From Podarcis melisellensis (Eukaryota), in NCBI GenBank assembly GCA_964234715.1, contig OZ174275.1: a stretch of DNA of 64,000 nucleotides, one strand, 5' to 3'. Shown here piece by piece: positions 27,081 to 37,908 of this stretch (position 1 is its first letter; every line of letters starts with the position of its first letter). The position numbers and the translations under genes were made by a program. The notes beneath the pieces are model-generated. The model saw only the letters and a list, made by a program, of their open reading frames with translations. It searched no databases and was not told where the DNA came from.

Positions 27081-27322
27081 CAAACTCTGTCAAATTAGTC
27101 CTTTACATTTTCTGCAAACCATCCAGAAGACATTGTTAATGGGCAGACAATATGCGTCACAATAAATAAAAAATAAATTCACTATTCTTAGGTGGAACAT
27201 GGCCAACTAAGGCTTAAACGTTGTTCAGAAATTCAAATATATTTAGATGGGATACAATTTCATGACATTGGAAGGATAATACATTAAATATAAGGACTTA
27301 ACAAAGTCCGTAAGCTATCCAG

Positions 27323-27380
27323 AACAACAACAAAAAAGAGTATATCAACAGGAAGTATTTAAAAATCTTGCAATTTTATT
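27323..27380 (-). terminator. Distal polyadenylation signal AATAAA (27380-27375) plus downstream GU-rich element (27340-27323)
   Basis: Plus-strand tttatt at 27375-27380. Minus strand reads CTCTTTTTTGTTGTTGTT about 35-50 nt downstream. Confidence 0.7.
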
Positions 27381-28855
27381 TGCATATAAAGGCCGCTAGA
27401 TATATAATATCGCAATAAATTTAAAGAAACAACTGTTTTCCTAAATTCCATTAAGATAACATAAACAGAATAAAGCTCAATAGCATTTACAGTGGTAGAA
27501 CAGAAATAACTATTTGCAACAATATTTTGTGCTAGCAAGATTGCATTTACACACAGTGCAAAATAAGGGGAAAAGAAATGGAAAGACAATTCAAGAATAT
27601 TTTAAATATAAAGGACAACAAAGCCTTATTTTAGTTAGGCTTGATTGTATTCATTTGATTCTATACATGCCTGAAACTGCACAAAGATTTTAAACTCAAG
27701 CTCTTGAAGGCCTCGAGCGCTTGGAGAGAGAAAAATGTGTCACATCCTTCATAATTTAGATGTGCTGTACAGCATAAATTTGCAGATGCTACACTGGCAA
27801 CATTAAATGCCTAGCTTAGTTATAATGCACAAAAAATATATATAAAAATCCATATTTAAAAGGAGTCCGCATTTACATGTTTTTACTGCATGGAACACCT
27901 GCTCATTGCAGTTTTCATCCCCGTATTTTTAAAGCTAAAATAATTTAAGAAACTCACCCAAACAGTGACAATTTAGATAATCACATACAAGATGCTGCTA
28001 TCTTATTGTTCATTAAAGCAGGCAGAGACAAACTAATCCTAGAAGGCTATTTTCCTCTCACTGATTGATAGGCAAGAGTTTACAGTATGCATACATATCA
28101 GTGGACAAATAGACTATCATGTGATCTCTTGTGAGCACAGGAGCTCTGATGGGCTGAGAGGTTCCCAATGGATTCTCCACACTCTTCAATGGAGGAACCT
28201 GAAACCATACACTTAAAGTGTAGATCAGCAACCCGTTGAAATGAATGAGAACTCAGTCTCCTGTGCAACAGCTCCTTGGCAACGATCTAGCACAGCGTTA
28301 GGCACACTTAAGCCCATTTATCTCAACAGGCACAAGCACATCTTACTCTGTGTTGGATTGTGGTCTATAATTGCAAAGGAGCATTCACAAAACCCGGGTC
28401 ACAAACATAGTGTGATAATAAAAACAAAAGAAGAGGAGAGGGTGGAGTTTTATCATTAGAAATGTTTATTTTTTTAAAAAATCAAACAATAACAGTTGTG
28501 CAAATTTGGGTGTTTGTTTTTTTTAAACACTGCCTTTTAAATTTTTATTTATTATTATTAAAATAAGGTGTCTCACTCATTAAAAGAAAGCTTGGCTGTC
28601 CTTTTGAGAACACTAACAATTTACAATGGCAAGTTAATTAAGAAAACATAAAACTTCATTTTACAAATTCACAATGATGTATCAATTTCAAATGGATGCT
28701 GCATTTTGCTGCACAACTTCTATCTCTTTTTTTTCCTTTTGTACCAACAATTTACAAAAAAAGCCCCACATCATTTGTAAAGAAACATGTTAAGAGAATG
28801 GATGTTTAATTAGAAAAATGGCAGTTTATAGACTTTCCCCCACTAAAGTGGTGCT
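27355..28855 (-). other. MPPED2: MPPED2 3'UTR (~1.5 kb; distal end approximate)
   Basis: AT-rich stretch after the stop codon with no recognisable transposon, bounded by AATAAA and a downstream U/GU-rich element. Confidence 0.7.
28465..28549 (-). terminator. Possible proximal poly(A) signals (AATAAA at 28549-28544 and 28470-28465)
   Basis: Two minus-strand AATAAA hexamers 0.3-0.4 kb after the stop. The AT-rich context makes chance occurrence plausible. Confidence 0.35.
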
Positions 28856-28974
28856 TCATGATCCTTGCGGGGTTGGAAGGTCAAATATAATTGGTGGGTT
28901 GGTTGGTTGAAAGCTGACTGTACATGTTGAGGCATTTATGTACGTTGTGTAACCGTCTGTCATAATGCCGTAAC
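28856..28974 (-). CDS. MPPED2: MPPED2 terminal coding exon, (G)YGIMTDGYTTYINASTCTVSFQPTNPPIIFDLPTPQGS*
   Basis: Acceptor ttttccctacAG, TGA stop at 28858-28856. Peptide matches the recognisable MPPED2 C-terminus. Confidence 0.97.
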
Positions 28975-29586
28975 CTGTAGGGAAAATGTGTCACACTTAC
29001 TGTAATGTAAACAAACAATGCTGACCTAGTACAGTGCCTCAGGCTGGAGAAAAGAAAAAGCTTCTTGTAAGCAGGCCTTTTGAATTGAGTTCAGCTAAGC
29101 CTTTCAAACTCTTTCTGAGCACTCCAAAGCCAGCACATCATTTCCATTTTTAAAAATGCAATAGGCTTTTGCTTTAATAAGAACCACCTGTTTTTGTTTT
29201 TTGTTTTCCAAATGGAGCAAAGAAAAAAAGGGGGGGAAGCCTGTTTTACAACAGAACTGAACACAAAAGAGGGTGTTGGTTTATTTTCCATAGCTCCTTG
29301 GATCTTTTGTAACCTGGAATTTTTCAAGCGTAATAATATGAAAAGTGTATTTTCCACTGAGACCTGTTCCCCTGTTCCTTTCAGACACTCTTTACCGTGA
29401 ATTCCATTTGGCTGAATGGACCTTATTCTCACGTAACTGTGCAGAAGATTAGATTCTTCCTATTCAGTGACAATAATCCTGCTAAACAATACATTATCCT
29501 AAATCTATTATTATTGCTGGTCTTAGGCATTTCTTCTACTTTAAAAGTGTACTTTAAAAAAATAAAAACAGGAGGATGTCTTACAG

Positions 29587-29824
29587 CAGGGGTTCTGCAC
29601 CCCGCAGCCCAAGGGAGTCGTTTAAATGGCCCCCGAGCCGCCCCCAAACTGAGATGCCAATTCAGCAAGTCCCTGTGTGCTGCGCTAAACAGGCACAGAG
29701 CGGGGACCAGCTTCCGTTGCGCCAGAAATCACATCCGCACAGACGCCGGAAATCGCGTCTGTGCAGTCATGATCCAGCCCACAGAGTGAACTGGCCCAGG
29801 CAAGGTAAACCTTGCCGACCCCTG
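29587..29824. mobile_element. hAT non-autonomous element in the last MPPED2 intron
   Basis: CAGGGGT...ACCCCTG ends. Perfect 8-bp TSD tcttacag (29579-29586 / 29825-29832). Confidence 0.88.
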
Positions 29825-29885
29825 TCTTACAGGAAAGCCCCGTGTTGAAATCATGCACCAGGTTATGAGTCGTAAAAACTTTGTA

Positions 29886-30115
29886 CAGTGGTACCCCTAC
29901 TTACGGATGCGATCCGTTCCTTGGTGCTATTCGCACCCCGAAAAGTCCGTAAGTAGAGCAGCGCTTCTGCGCATGACGCAATAGAGTGCTCCTGCGCAAA
30001 GTGTGCAGAACGCTTCTGCGCGTGCGGCAAAACCTGGAAGTATATACTTCTGGGTTTGCCGCATTCACAACCCAAAATCTGCAACGTGAACCTAATGAAA
30101 CTAGAGGTATGACTG
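29886..30115. mobile_element. Tigger/pogo-like MITE
   Basis: TA|cagtggtacccctactt...actagaggtatgactg|TA. Confidence 0.85.
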
Positions 30116-30744
30116 TAATTGTAGTCATTGCCAGATCTGCACGAAGGAAAGACCAGGGACCCATCATTCTCTGAAGATCTGAGTCATTCATGGGCTGTGG
30201 GACAGGATGTGCATTCAATGCACACTCCATCTCTTCAAAACGTACGCATGGACCATCAGAGTTCATGTTCACAATAGATCTTGGAGGGAAACTATACATA
30301 TAAGCCATTATGCAAGAAATTGAGTAATTTGGATGGAATGCAATGAGTACTATGCTGGCTTAATGCTGCATTGTGCTAGCATCAGGAACTCATGCAAATT
30401 CGCACTGTCGTGCAATAGGCTGAGTGAGGATGGAACAACTGCCTCCACTGGTACAGCTTTATATGGCACTGGAAAGAGAAGGGAAGCTTGCTGGAATGGA
30501 ACTGGGGGGCAAATATCTGTGCTACACATGAGAACAACCATTTCACAATTGTCGTGTGGCCTCTTTTTGGTGTTTTCTTTCACCTGGGCCTGGCTGCTGG
30601 GCCCAAGTTAAGGGGACAGAAGAGCCACATGTGCAGCATCAGTTTGTGGGCATTATCTGCTTCTAGTAAGGAACGTGTGTGCAGGAACCTCCTGCACAAC
30701 GTATTGTGAGCGAGGGCAGACTGGAATGAGACGTTTAAAAATTA

Positions 30745-31002
30745 CCGTATTTTTTGCTCTATAAGACTCACTTTTTCCCTCCTAAAAAGTAAGGAGAAAT
30801 GTGTGTGCGTCTTATGGAGTGAAGGCAGGATGCGCAGCTATCCCAGAAGCCAGAACAGCAAGAGGGACTGCTGCTTTCACTGCACAGCGATCCCTCTTGA
30901 TGTTCTGGCTTCTGAGATTCAGAATTTTTTTTTCTTGTTTTCCTCCTCCAAAAACTAGGTGCGTTTTGTGGTCTGGTGCGTCTTATAGAGCAAAAAATAC
31001 GT
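30745..31002. mobile_element. Tc1/mariner-superfamily MITE (inverted copy of 24465-24723)
   Basis: Same TIRs and body in the opposite orientation, TA flanks. Confidence 0.9.
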
Positions 31003-31239
31003 TAAAATACTAAAAAATATTAGGCTCAATCTTATTCCCTTTATTGCAATGAGTGGTTTCTTGATGGAGCAACTCATATTAATTGAATTTGTATAATCTA
31101 AGTGCTCTTGAACACTCATTAAATTTGCTTAATACTTACAGCATGTATTACCAACCAAGTTGCAGACTTAAAATGGTACAATCCTATGCCTCACAGTGGT
31201 GTTTCATAAGAGGGCTTTGCCCAATACCACTGCCCAATA

Positions 31240-32136
31240 CAGTGGTGCCCCGCAAGACGAATGCCTCGCTAAACGAAAAACCCGCTAGACGAAAGGGTTT
31301 TCCGATTTTTTAGCGGCTTCACAAGACGAATTTCCCTATGGGCTTGCTTCGCAAGACGAAAGCCCATAGGGAAATCTCCAGGGACAGCGGGGAAGCGCAG
31401 CGCGCCTTCTCCTCTGTTCCCGGACCTGTCCTAAGGCTTGCGGTGGGATGTCCGGGAACAGAGGACAAGGCGCGAAGGGCTTCTCCTCTGTTCCCGGGAC
31501 TTGCGGTGGGAGGAGGGTTTTTCCTCCCCACCGCCAACATTCAGAACAGCATTCTGAATGTTGGCGGTGGGGAGGAAAGCCCTCCTCCCACCGCAAGCCT
31601 TCAGGACAGGTCCAGGAACAGAGGGGAGGGCGCGCAGCTATCCGCAGCTTGGAGAGCCCTCTGGACCTCTTCTGAAGGCGGGCGGGGGGCAAAAGTCTTT
31701 GTCCCCCCTGCCTGCCTTCCCGGGGGCTTTTAAATCGCCCCGGAACAGCGGAGAATTAATCTGCTGTCCCGGGGCGATTTTAAAATGCTGACAGTCTCCG
31801 CTGTCCCGGGGGCTTTTAAAATGCTGGGGGACGGCAGCGAAGCGTTCGCTGCCGCCTGCCAGCATTTTAAGATCGCCCCGGGACAGCGGAGAAGTTTCCG
31901 CTGTCCCGGGAAGGCAGGCGGGGGGGAAGCAAAGACTTTCGCGCCCCCCCCCGCCGGCCTTCAGAAGAGGTCGGGGGACAGACTGTCCCCGGACCTGGTC
32001 TGAAGGTGGTTTCCATAGGAACGCATTGATTGATTTTCAATGCATTCCTATGGGAAACCGTGCTTCGCAAGACGAAAAACTCGCAAGACGAAAAGACTTG
32101 CGGAACGAATTAATTTCGTCTTGCGAGGCACCACTG
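31240..32136. mobile_element. Tigger/pogo-like non-autonomous DNA transposon with GC-rich interior
   Basis: TA|cagtggtgccccgcaagacgaa...ttcgtcttgcgaggcaccactg|TA. Repeated cgcaagacgaa subterminal motifs. Confidence 0.93.
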
Positions 32137-34500
32137 TACCACTGGAAGTTTGATTATGTTCAATTTGCAGTGCAACTAAAAAAGCTGCAGGCACTTTGCA
32201 TGTTGCACTTTTTTGCCTTCTGGTATTCACATAGCATTGATATGCTCACTTTAAAATGGTCAGTCATTTCCTAGATGTACAGGAGCACTGCATGGATACT
32301 GCTGTGGTTAAGGCTCTGCTAATGGTTTTTTTTTTATTAAAAAGTTATTATTTACAGGACTATATAGTCCAGGCATAAAAACTAATCCAGGCATAAAAGC
32401 TAATTTGCTTCATGTGGACTTGGTCGGAGTCGGGCGTAAAGGCAAAAATAAACAATATCAAGCAAGTGAGCCATCTTCTCTTCTACAAAGTTCTCAACTT
32501 TGTAAGCCTATAGTTAGAGAGAGCAGAGAATCCTGGGGAGTGAATTTAATACAAAGCATTTTAATGTGTAACTTTTAGCTCTACGGTCACGAAGCCTTGA
32601 TCTCTTTGCCGCAGCACTTTTAGTATTTATCTCACTAGGATGCAACAGCTACTTAGGTTCGTTAAATATTTAAAAACAATGTATTTTAAGCAATCTCTCA
32701 GTACCTTGTGCTCAGTTAAGGAAACTTTCTGCACTTAGAAATTTGCCTGATTTGAAATTAGCATGGGAGCTCAATATTTTGAAAAGCTCATCTGAAATAT
32801 CAACAAGCTATTTATTAAAAATCCTGTATGAAATTTAATCCAGAATATTCTTGTTAAAAACTCCTTTTTACTTGAGCTTTTATTTTTCCATCTGCTGTAG
32901 TATTTGGGTTATGCTGCTCACATCTTGAATGTTCTATAAGAAACATATGCAGAATGAAGCCACTTGCTGCATATAAAATAATTATAGATGGTCTCTTTTA
33001 TTTGACTGGCTCTAAATTGTTTAAAGATGTCCTCCACATTGGCAGATCATACAGGATTCTTGGTGGGCAGACAAAAATGAAATAAAATGGATTTCACCCT
33101 TATCTGCTAAGCCTTAGGATGCATCAAAATGGTGTTTTGAGGGCCAGGGGCTGCAAAAATACGAAGACAGTTTTATTTGGGGAGACATTTTACTCTCTAC
33201 CAGGAAGATTATACTTTTAGCATTGTGTTTCATCTGCTGTATTTTCTTTGAAAACATTGTTTTATAATGATCTGTGATTTCAAGTGTTGTAAGCCACCCT
33301 GAGTAAAGAATGCCTTGGCTGGATAGAAATGTTTATATTTAAAAATTACATAAAAATAAATGGAAGTCCAACAATCCCTTGTTCCTGTGACTTCCAAGTG
33401 GCTGAGCAAACAGAGATGGCACCAGGGACAGTGGAGCCACCACTCTGTGCTCTGCATCACCTTAGTGGTGACACTGGTACACACTCGGCTTTTCTAAAGT
33501 CAACTCCCCCTCTTCCAGTATTGCAGTAAGCAATGGTCCTGAAGTATCAGAGGTCAGGGTGTTATGTTCAACCCAAAGTTTCCCCTTAAAAAAAGCATCC
33601 CAACAGGTTTGCTTTGGCAAAACTTGGTTGATACTGGAAAAGAATTTGTTCAGGTGCTGGCTGACAACAGTATTTGAGCTGAAAAAGAAATAACCCACCA
33701 GGTAAACACTCTTCACTGTTTTGGGATTAAACTTTTAAAACTTTTCAAAGACCCCTCCCTCCTTGTCACACTTAGTCCCATTTTAAGCAATACCCAATCC
33801 AGCGCTGGCCAAGGCATTTTGCAACCTGAAGCAGAGCCCAATTGCACTGCTGCTAGGGCCAGCAGTATAAGAAGGCTTGACACACCATTCTGTGCCAATT
33901 TCTGTCTTCATCTCCTTCCTGCCACCCAAAGTCTGCTCTGCTGTGTGGTGGGGGCCCTGACTCAATCCCTCCTTTGCAGGGCTCCTAGCACCAGCTATGC
34001 ATGCTTACACAGAACTAAATCCACTAGGATTTAATCCCAGGTAAGCTTGTATAAGATCCCAGTGTAAATTAACAAAGAAATATGAAAAGACTATTCATTC
34101 CCCTTTTATGACTGCTGTTACTGATAGAAAACTTTCTTCTGGACTATAATGATCCATATGTGGAGGCTAGATAAATGCACATCCTTTTACTAGAGAGCAC
34201 AGCGCTTTTGGGGTCTCTTTCCATTCCATGATTTCAATCACTGCCCACCATTTTGCCCCAGGTTTACTACTTTTTCCTCTCAAAAATATCATTTGTTGAT
34301 ATGATTAAAATGGTTTGTACGGCCACCTGGGGAAAAAAAATCTCAAATCTATAAAAGCCCTGACTGAGCACCAAACAATTTGCTTTATAATTGAGTCAAT
34401 TTTATTTTTGTGGGTTGTCTGAAAATCTAATGTAGAATAGCACGCCATTTAACTCTGGTATTATCTTAGCAAACATCCTCATAGCTAGCGTATTTCTTAC

Positions 34501-34614
34501 CTTCATGGATTCCACCAAAGACATGGAGTTTAGGCCTTACTCGCCTTTGTACTGTGTTTAACAGTTCCACACAGCCAACTCTTTGAAGCTCCTTTGGAAC
34601 CCAGTCTCGAAAAC
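34501..34614 (-). CDS. MPPED2: MPPED2 penultimate coding exon (114 nt), (G)FRDWVPKELQRVGCVELLNTVQRRVRPKLHVFGGIHE(G)
   Basis: Acceptor ttttgcttttAG, donor GTaaga, in frame with both neighbours. GGIHE rather than GHIHE distinguishes MPPED2 from its paralogue MPPED1. Confidence 0.97.
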
Positions 34615-35015
34615 CTAAAAGCAAAATGTAATCAATGTTCTTAATTTTCTCTATTCAGGTAAGGTTTCATGCAGACTTTCAGGAAGCCATAACTCACTGA
34701 AGGTTTATTGCATTATCTGTAACCCTAACATCTCCATTAAAGCATACAATGGCTTTTAAGAAACTTTTCATTGTCACTTTGTCTCTTTTAGGTTCCAAGG
34801 GATTCTTTTTCCTTATTTGATGTCTGCCCCCTCCTTCCCAGTTAACATTTTTCTCCACATAATTTGATTTATTAAACTACAGGTATAGATTCTTCTACAT
34901 AGCGCGAGGCTCTATGACATTTATTCCCGGCAGCGGTGCATCTTCCTGCTCTCTCCCCTGCTCTTTCCATAATGGTCTTTGCCAAAATGGTCAGGTGATG
35001 ACTGCTTGCCAGACA

Positions 35016-35101
35016 CTGCAATCCTGCGCACAGTTATACAGAAGTAAGCCCCACCAAGTTCAGTGGGACTTATTCACAGGTGAATTTGTAGAATATTGCA
35101 G
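35016..35101. repeat. Short ancient palindromic repeat (caatcct...agtaag...cttac...aggattg family); relatives near 33995, 51972, 56121, 59354
   Basis: Imperfect hairpin ctgcaat...gtaagccccacc aagt tcagtgggacttat...attgcag, with the same architecture recurring in the window. Confidence 0.55.
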
Positions 35102-36018
35102 CTGTAGCTACTTTCTGCACGGGCTGGTCAGTATCAACTTTAGTACCTTATCTATTTGAAATACAAACAGCACAGCATAAATCTCACAGTATCCCTATGA
35201 AAACGAACGTGATCCTTCTCTGTTCTACTCAAGAGTCAGGACATGAAAATATAACTGTGTGGATAAAGCGTTCCCCAAAACTGAAGAGAAAAGGGTAGTT
35301 CCTCCTTGTGTAGAGTCCCATGTATATCTTTATTTTGAATATATGGATTGGAAAATGTGCCAATTTGCAAATGGGATTTTCTGCTGAAGAGAACTGGGCA
35401 GTCCCAAGACAATAACCTTCCATGACTTCGAGAAGAATGAGGTCTGCCAATACCCATTTATTCCTGAGACCTGGCCATGAAGAAGGCAATACAGGGCAAT
35501 GCTGAAAAGACTCTCAGCAAGTTAGTATTAATTGACTGCTTTAAAAGAAAAAGCCACTAAGTTCTACAGATAATGCAGAAAATCCATAAAGTCTGACATC
35601 AATTATTACAAAAGTCTGCGGTCTGAAATAATGCATTCATAAAGATCAGAAGAGTGGAAAGATCCGAGAGGAGCAAGAGCTATATCAAATATGAATGGAA
35701 GTTGCACATTCCTCCTTGGTGTTGCTTAATCAACTTGAAAGGTGTTACACCAGGGACAAATTTGGCTAATGCTATTTCAGCACCACAGGACATTCGTTCA
35801 GCTGGTTCATTTCTTATGAACATAGGAAGCTGCCTTAATATCAAGACAACTGGAAAGTATTTAATGAGTCCAGTTGAAGACATAGTTCTACACCACAGGA
35901 CAGAAAGGTGACCAACTTCTCCCCCCTCTCCTTAATGCCCCTTAATGACTTGGCTAAACGGCTCACTGATGAAACTCTTAGCTCAAGATAGCTGTTTGTT
36001 GGCTTTTGTGTCACTTAC

Positions 36019-36134
36019 CAAGAGGAGGTCCATGAGTCATTAATATATCAATACCTTCGGGAATAAGATTCCACTTGTCCAACAGTGATTGACCTCTGGG
36101 TAGGTTAAAGCCCCATCCATTAAACCATGGTGTC
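36019..36134 (-). CDS. MPPED2: MPPED2 internal coding exon (116 nt), TPWFNGWGFNLPRGQSLLDKWNLIPEGIDILMTHGPPL(G)
   Basis: Manual minus-strand translation. Acceptor ttccttcaaAG, donor GTaagt. Contains the metallophosphoesterase THGPP motif, and its phase-1 end joins the next exon in frame. Confidence 0.96.
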
Positions 36135-37559
36135 CTTTGAAGGAAAGAAGATATATTGTGTCAATGTGGAAGAGTAATGTTTTTTGTTTTTGTTTTTTAA
36201 TTGTGCATAGAGCAGATTATTTGTAGATAGCGCTTCTTCACGATTACCTACAGGCAAAAGGGTTGAGAAATAGACCTGTATTTCAATATAACAGTGTAAG
36301 TCCATCATCACAGTGAACCCACACAACTGGCCACAGTCTCCAAGAGAGAAAAAATGGAATGTTAAAACATCTTTTTCTCACATAGGTTTGAGAAAGAAAA
36401 GCTATAATTTGCTACATTAATTATACAAATGATGATTGCAGGATTGATTCTTCGGAATAATTACTTCCTTGTGGGGCACTGGTGGCTGCCAAAGGTTATT
36501 CTTCAAAAACTGACGTTTCACTGAGCAAAAATAATGTTCTGAAATGACTTCTCTTAAGGCAATAAAAGGTTTCACAGTTTAATTTACATTCAGATTTGAG
36601 TTTTGCCATGGTGTAGCCGTGACCTAACACTGGAACATGTGACTCAATCAATAAAACAAAACAAACAAACAAACAAAAAACAGAATCCCCACATGCAACT
36701 ATGGCTCAGAGAAACTCTAGTGCTAGAGGAGGCAATGTCATTGGTAAATTGTGTTAATCTCACAAACGCTTCAGAGTGACAGGAGGGAGGATTTAAAGTC
36801 ACTGTGAGAACCCATTGAGAATAACTAAAAGAAAAAACTTTCCCCTTTGTCCACCCCGTTTATAGTATGCTTGTTAACTTTCCCCTACAATTGGCAGTTG
36901 TGCCCATTGTACTTCTGTCAGTTAGCAACTACCATGGTATCAACATTGAGCTTCTTTTTAGTTCTGCAGTCTATTTTGCTCCACATATGCAAGTTCTAAC
37001 TTGCTAAACAGCATACATAGCCTCACTATTCACCTAATGATGACCACCCCACATGCTACCATAATTAGCTACAGTGGCTTCAAACAGTAGCACTCAACAT
37101 TACATCTAGACACTGAAGACTGTCATCTGGGCCACCAATTACTAATCATAAGTTATTTACTCTTCTGCTAAACTCTCCTCACTACCACTACCTTCTTAAG
37201 CACCTTGCCCCAAAAGGGAGTGTTTGCCACAGGGTGTTCATGGAAGATCTTACTCAGCTATGAGTGATCACCAAAGAAGTAGTAGTAGTTTAACAGGAGG
37301 TTTTACAGTTGTTTAACAGGTCCAGGGAGAGGTTTTTTTTAAAGAAGGGGATGTAGCACTACCTTCTTCAAGACAGCATCCTTCCCTACTGATCCTGTCA
37401 GATGCTAACATCAACAGAAGGGGCCCTGTTGGTTCAGCTACTCTCATCAACTGGGGGGTGGACAGCCTGGAAGAGGGCATTTCTGTGGCAGCCCCTAAGT
37501 TACGGCATTCCATGCCCACAGGGGTGCATCTGGCTTTTGGCAAGTTTTAATTGTTGTAA

Positions 37560-37908
37560 TAGGATGCGGGTGGCGCTGTGGGTTAAACCATAGAGCCTAG
37601 GACTTGCCGATCAGAAGGTCGGCAGTTTGAATCCCCGTGACGGGGTGAGCTCCCGTTGCTCGGTCCCTGCTCCTGCCAACCTAGCAGTTCGAAAGCATGT
37701 CAAAGTGCAAGTAGATAAATAGGTACTGCTCCGGCGGGAAGGTAAACGGCATTTCCGTGCACTGCTCTGGTTCGCCAGAAGTGGCTTAGTCATGCAGGCC
37801 ACATGACCCGGAAGCTGTACGCCGGCTCCCTCGGCCAATAAAGCAAGATGAGCGCCACAACCCCAGAGTCGGCCACGACTGGACCTAATGGTCAGGGGTC
37901 CCTTTACC
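37560..37908 (+). mobile_element. Sauria SINE, full length
   Basis: gcgggtggcgctgtgggttaaacc head with A/B boxes, gtgcaagtagataaataggtac core, cctttacc tail. 12-bp TSD taattgttgtaa. Confidence 0.95.

Noticed and set aside
31225-32144. taccactg on both flanks of the 31240 element as a longer TSD
   Set aside because: The left copy is not adjacent to the TIR. The TA duplication suffices, so this is likely chance or a small repair footprint.
31319-32274. Overlapping ORFs and CpG-island-like composition suggesting a promoter
   Set aside because: Explained by a TIR/TA-bounded transposon covering 31240-32136.
37560-37650. tRNA-like A/B boxes
   Set aside because: SINE head; no complete cloverleaf.
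37611-37838. Recurrent MAEGAGVQLP... ORF (also 49682 and 61411)
   Set aside because: Antisense translation of Sauria SINE copies, not a gene family.
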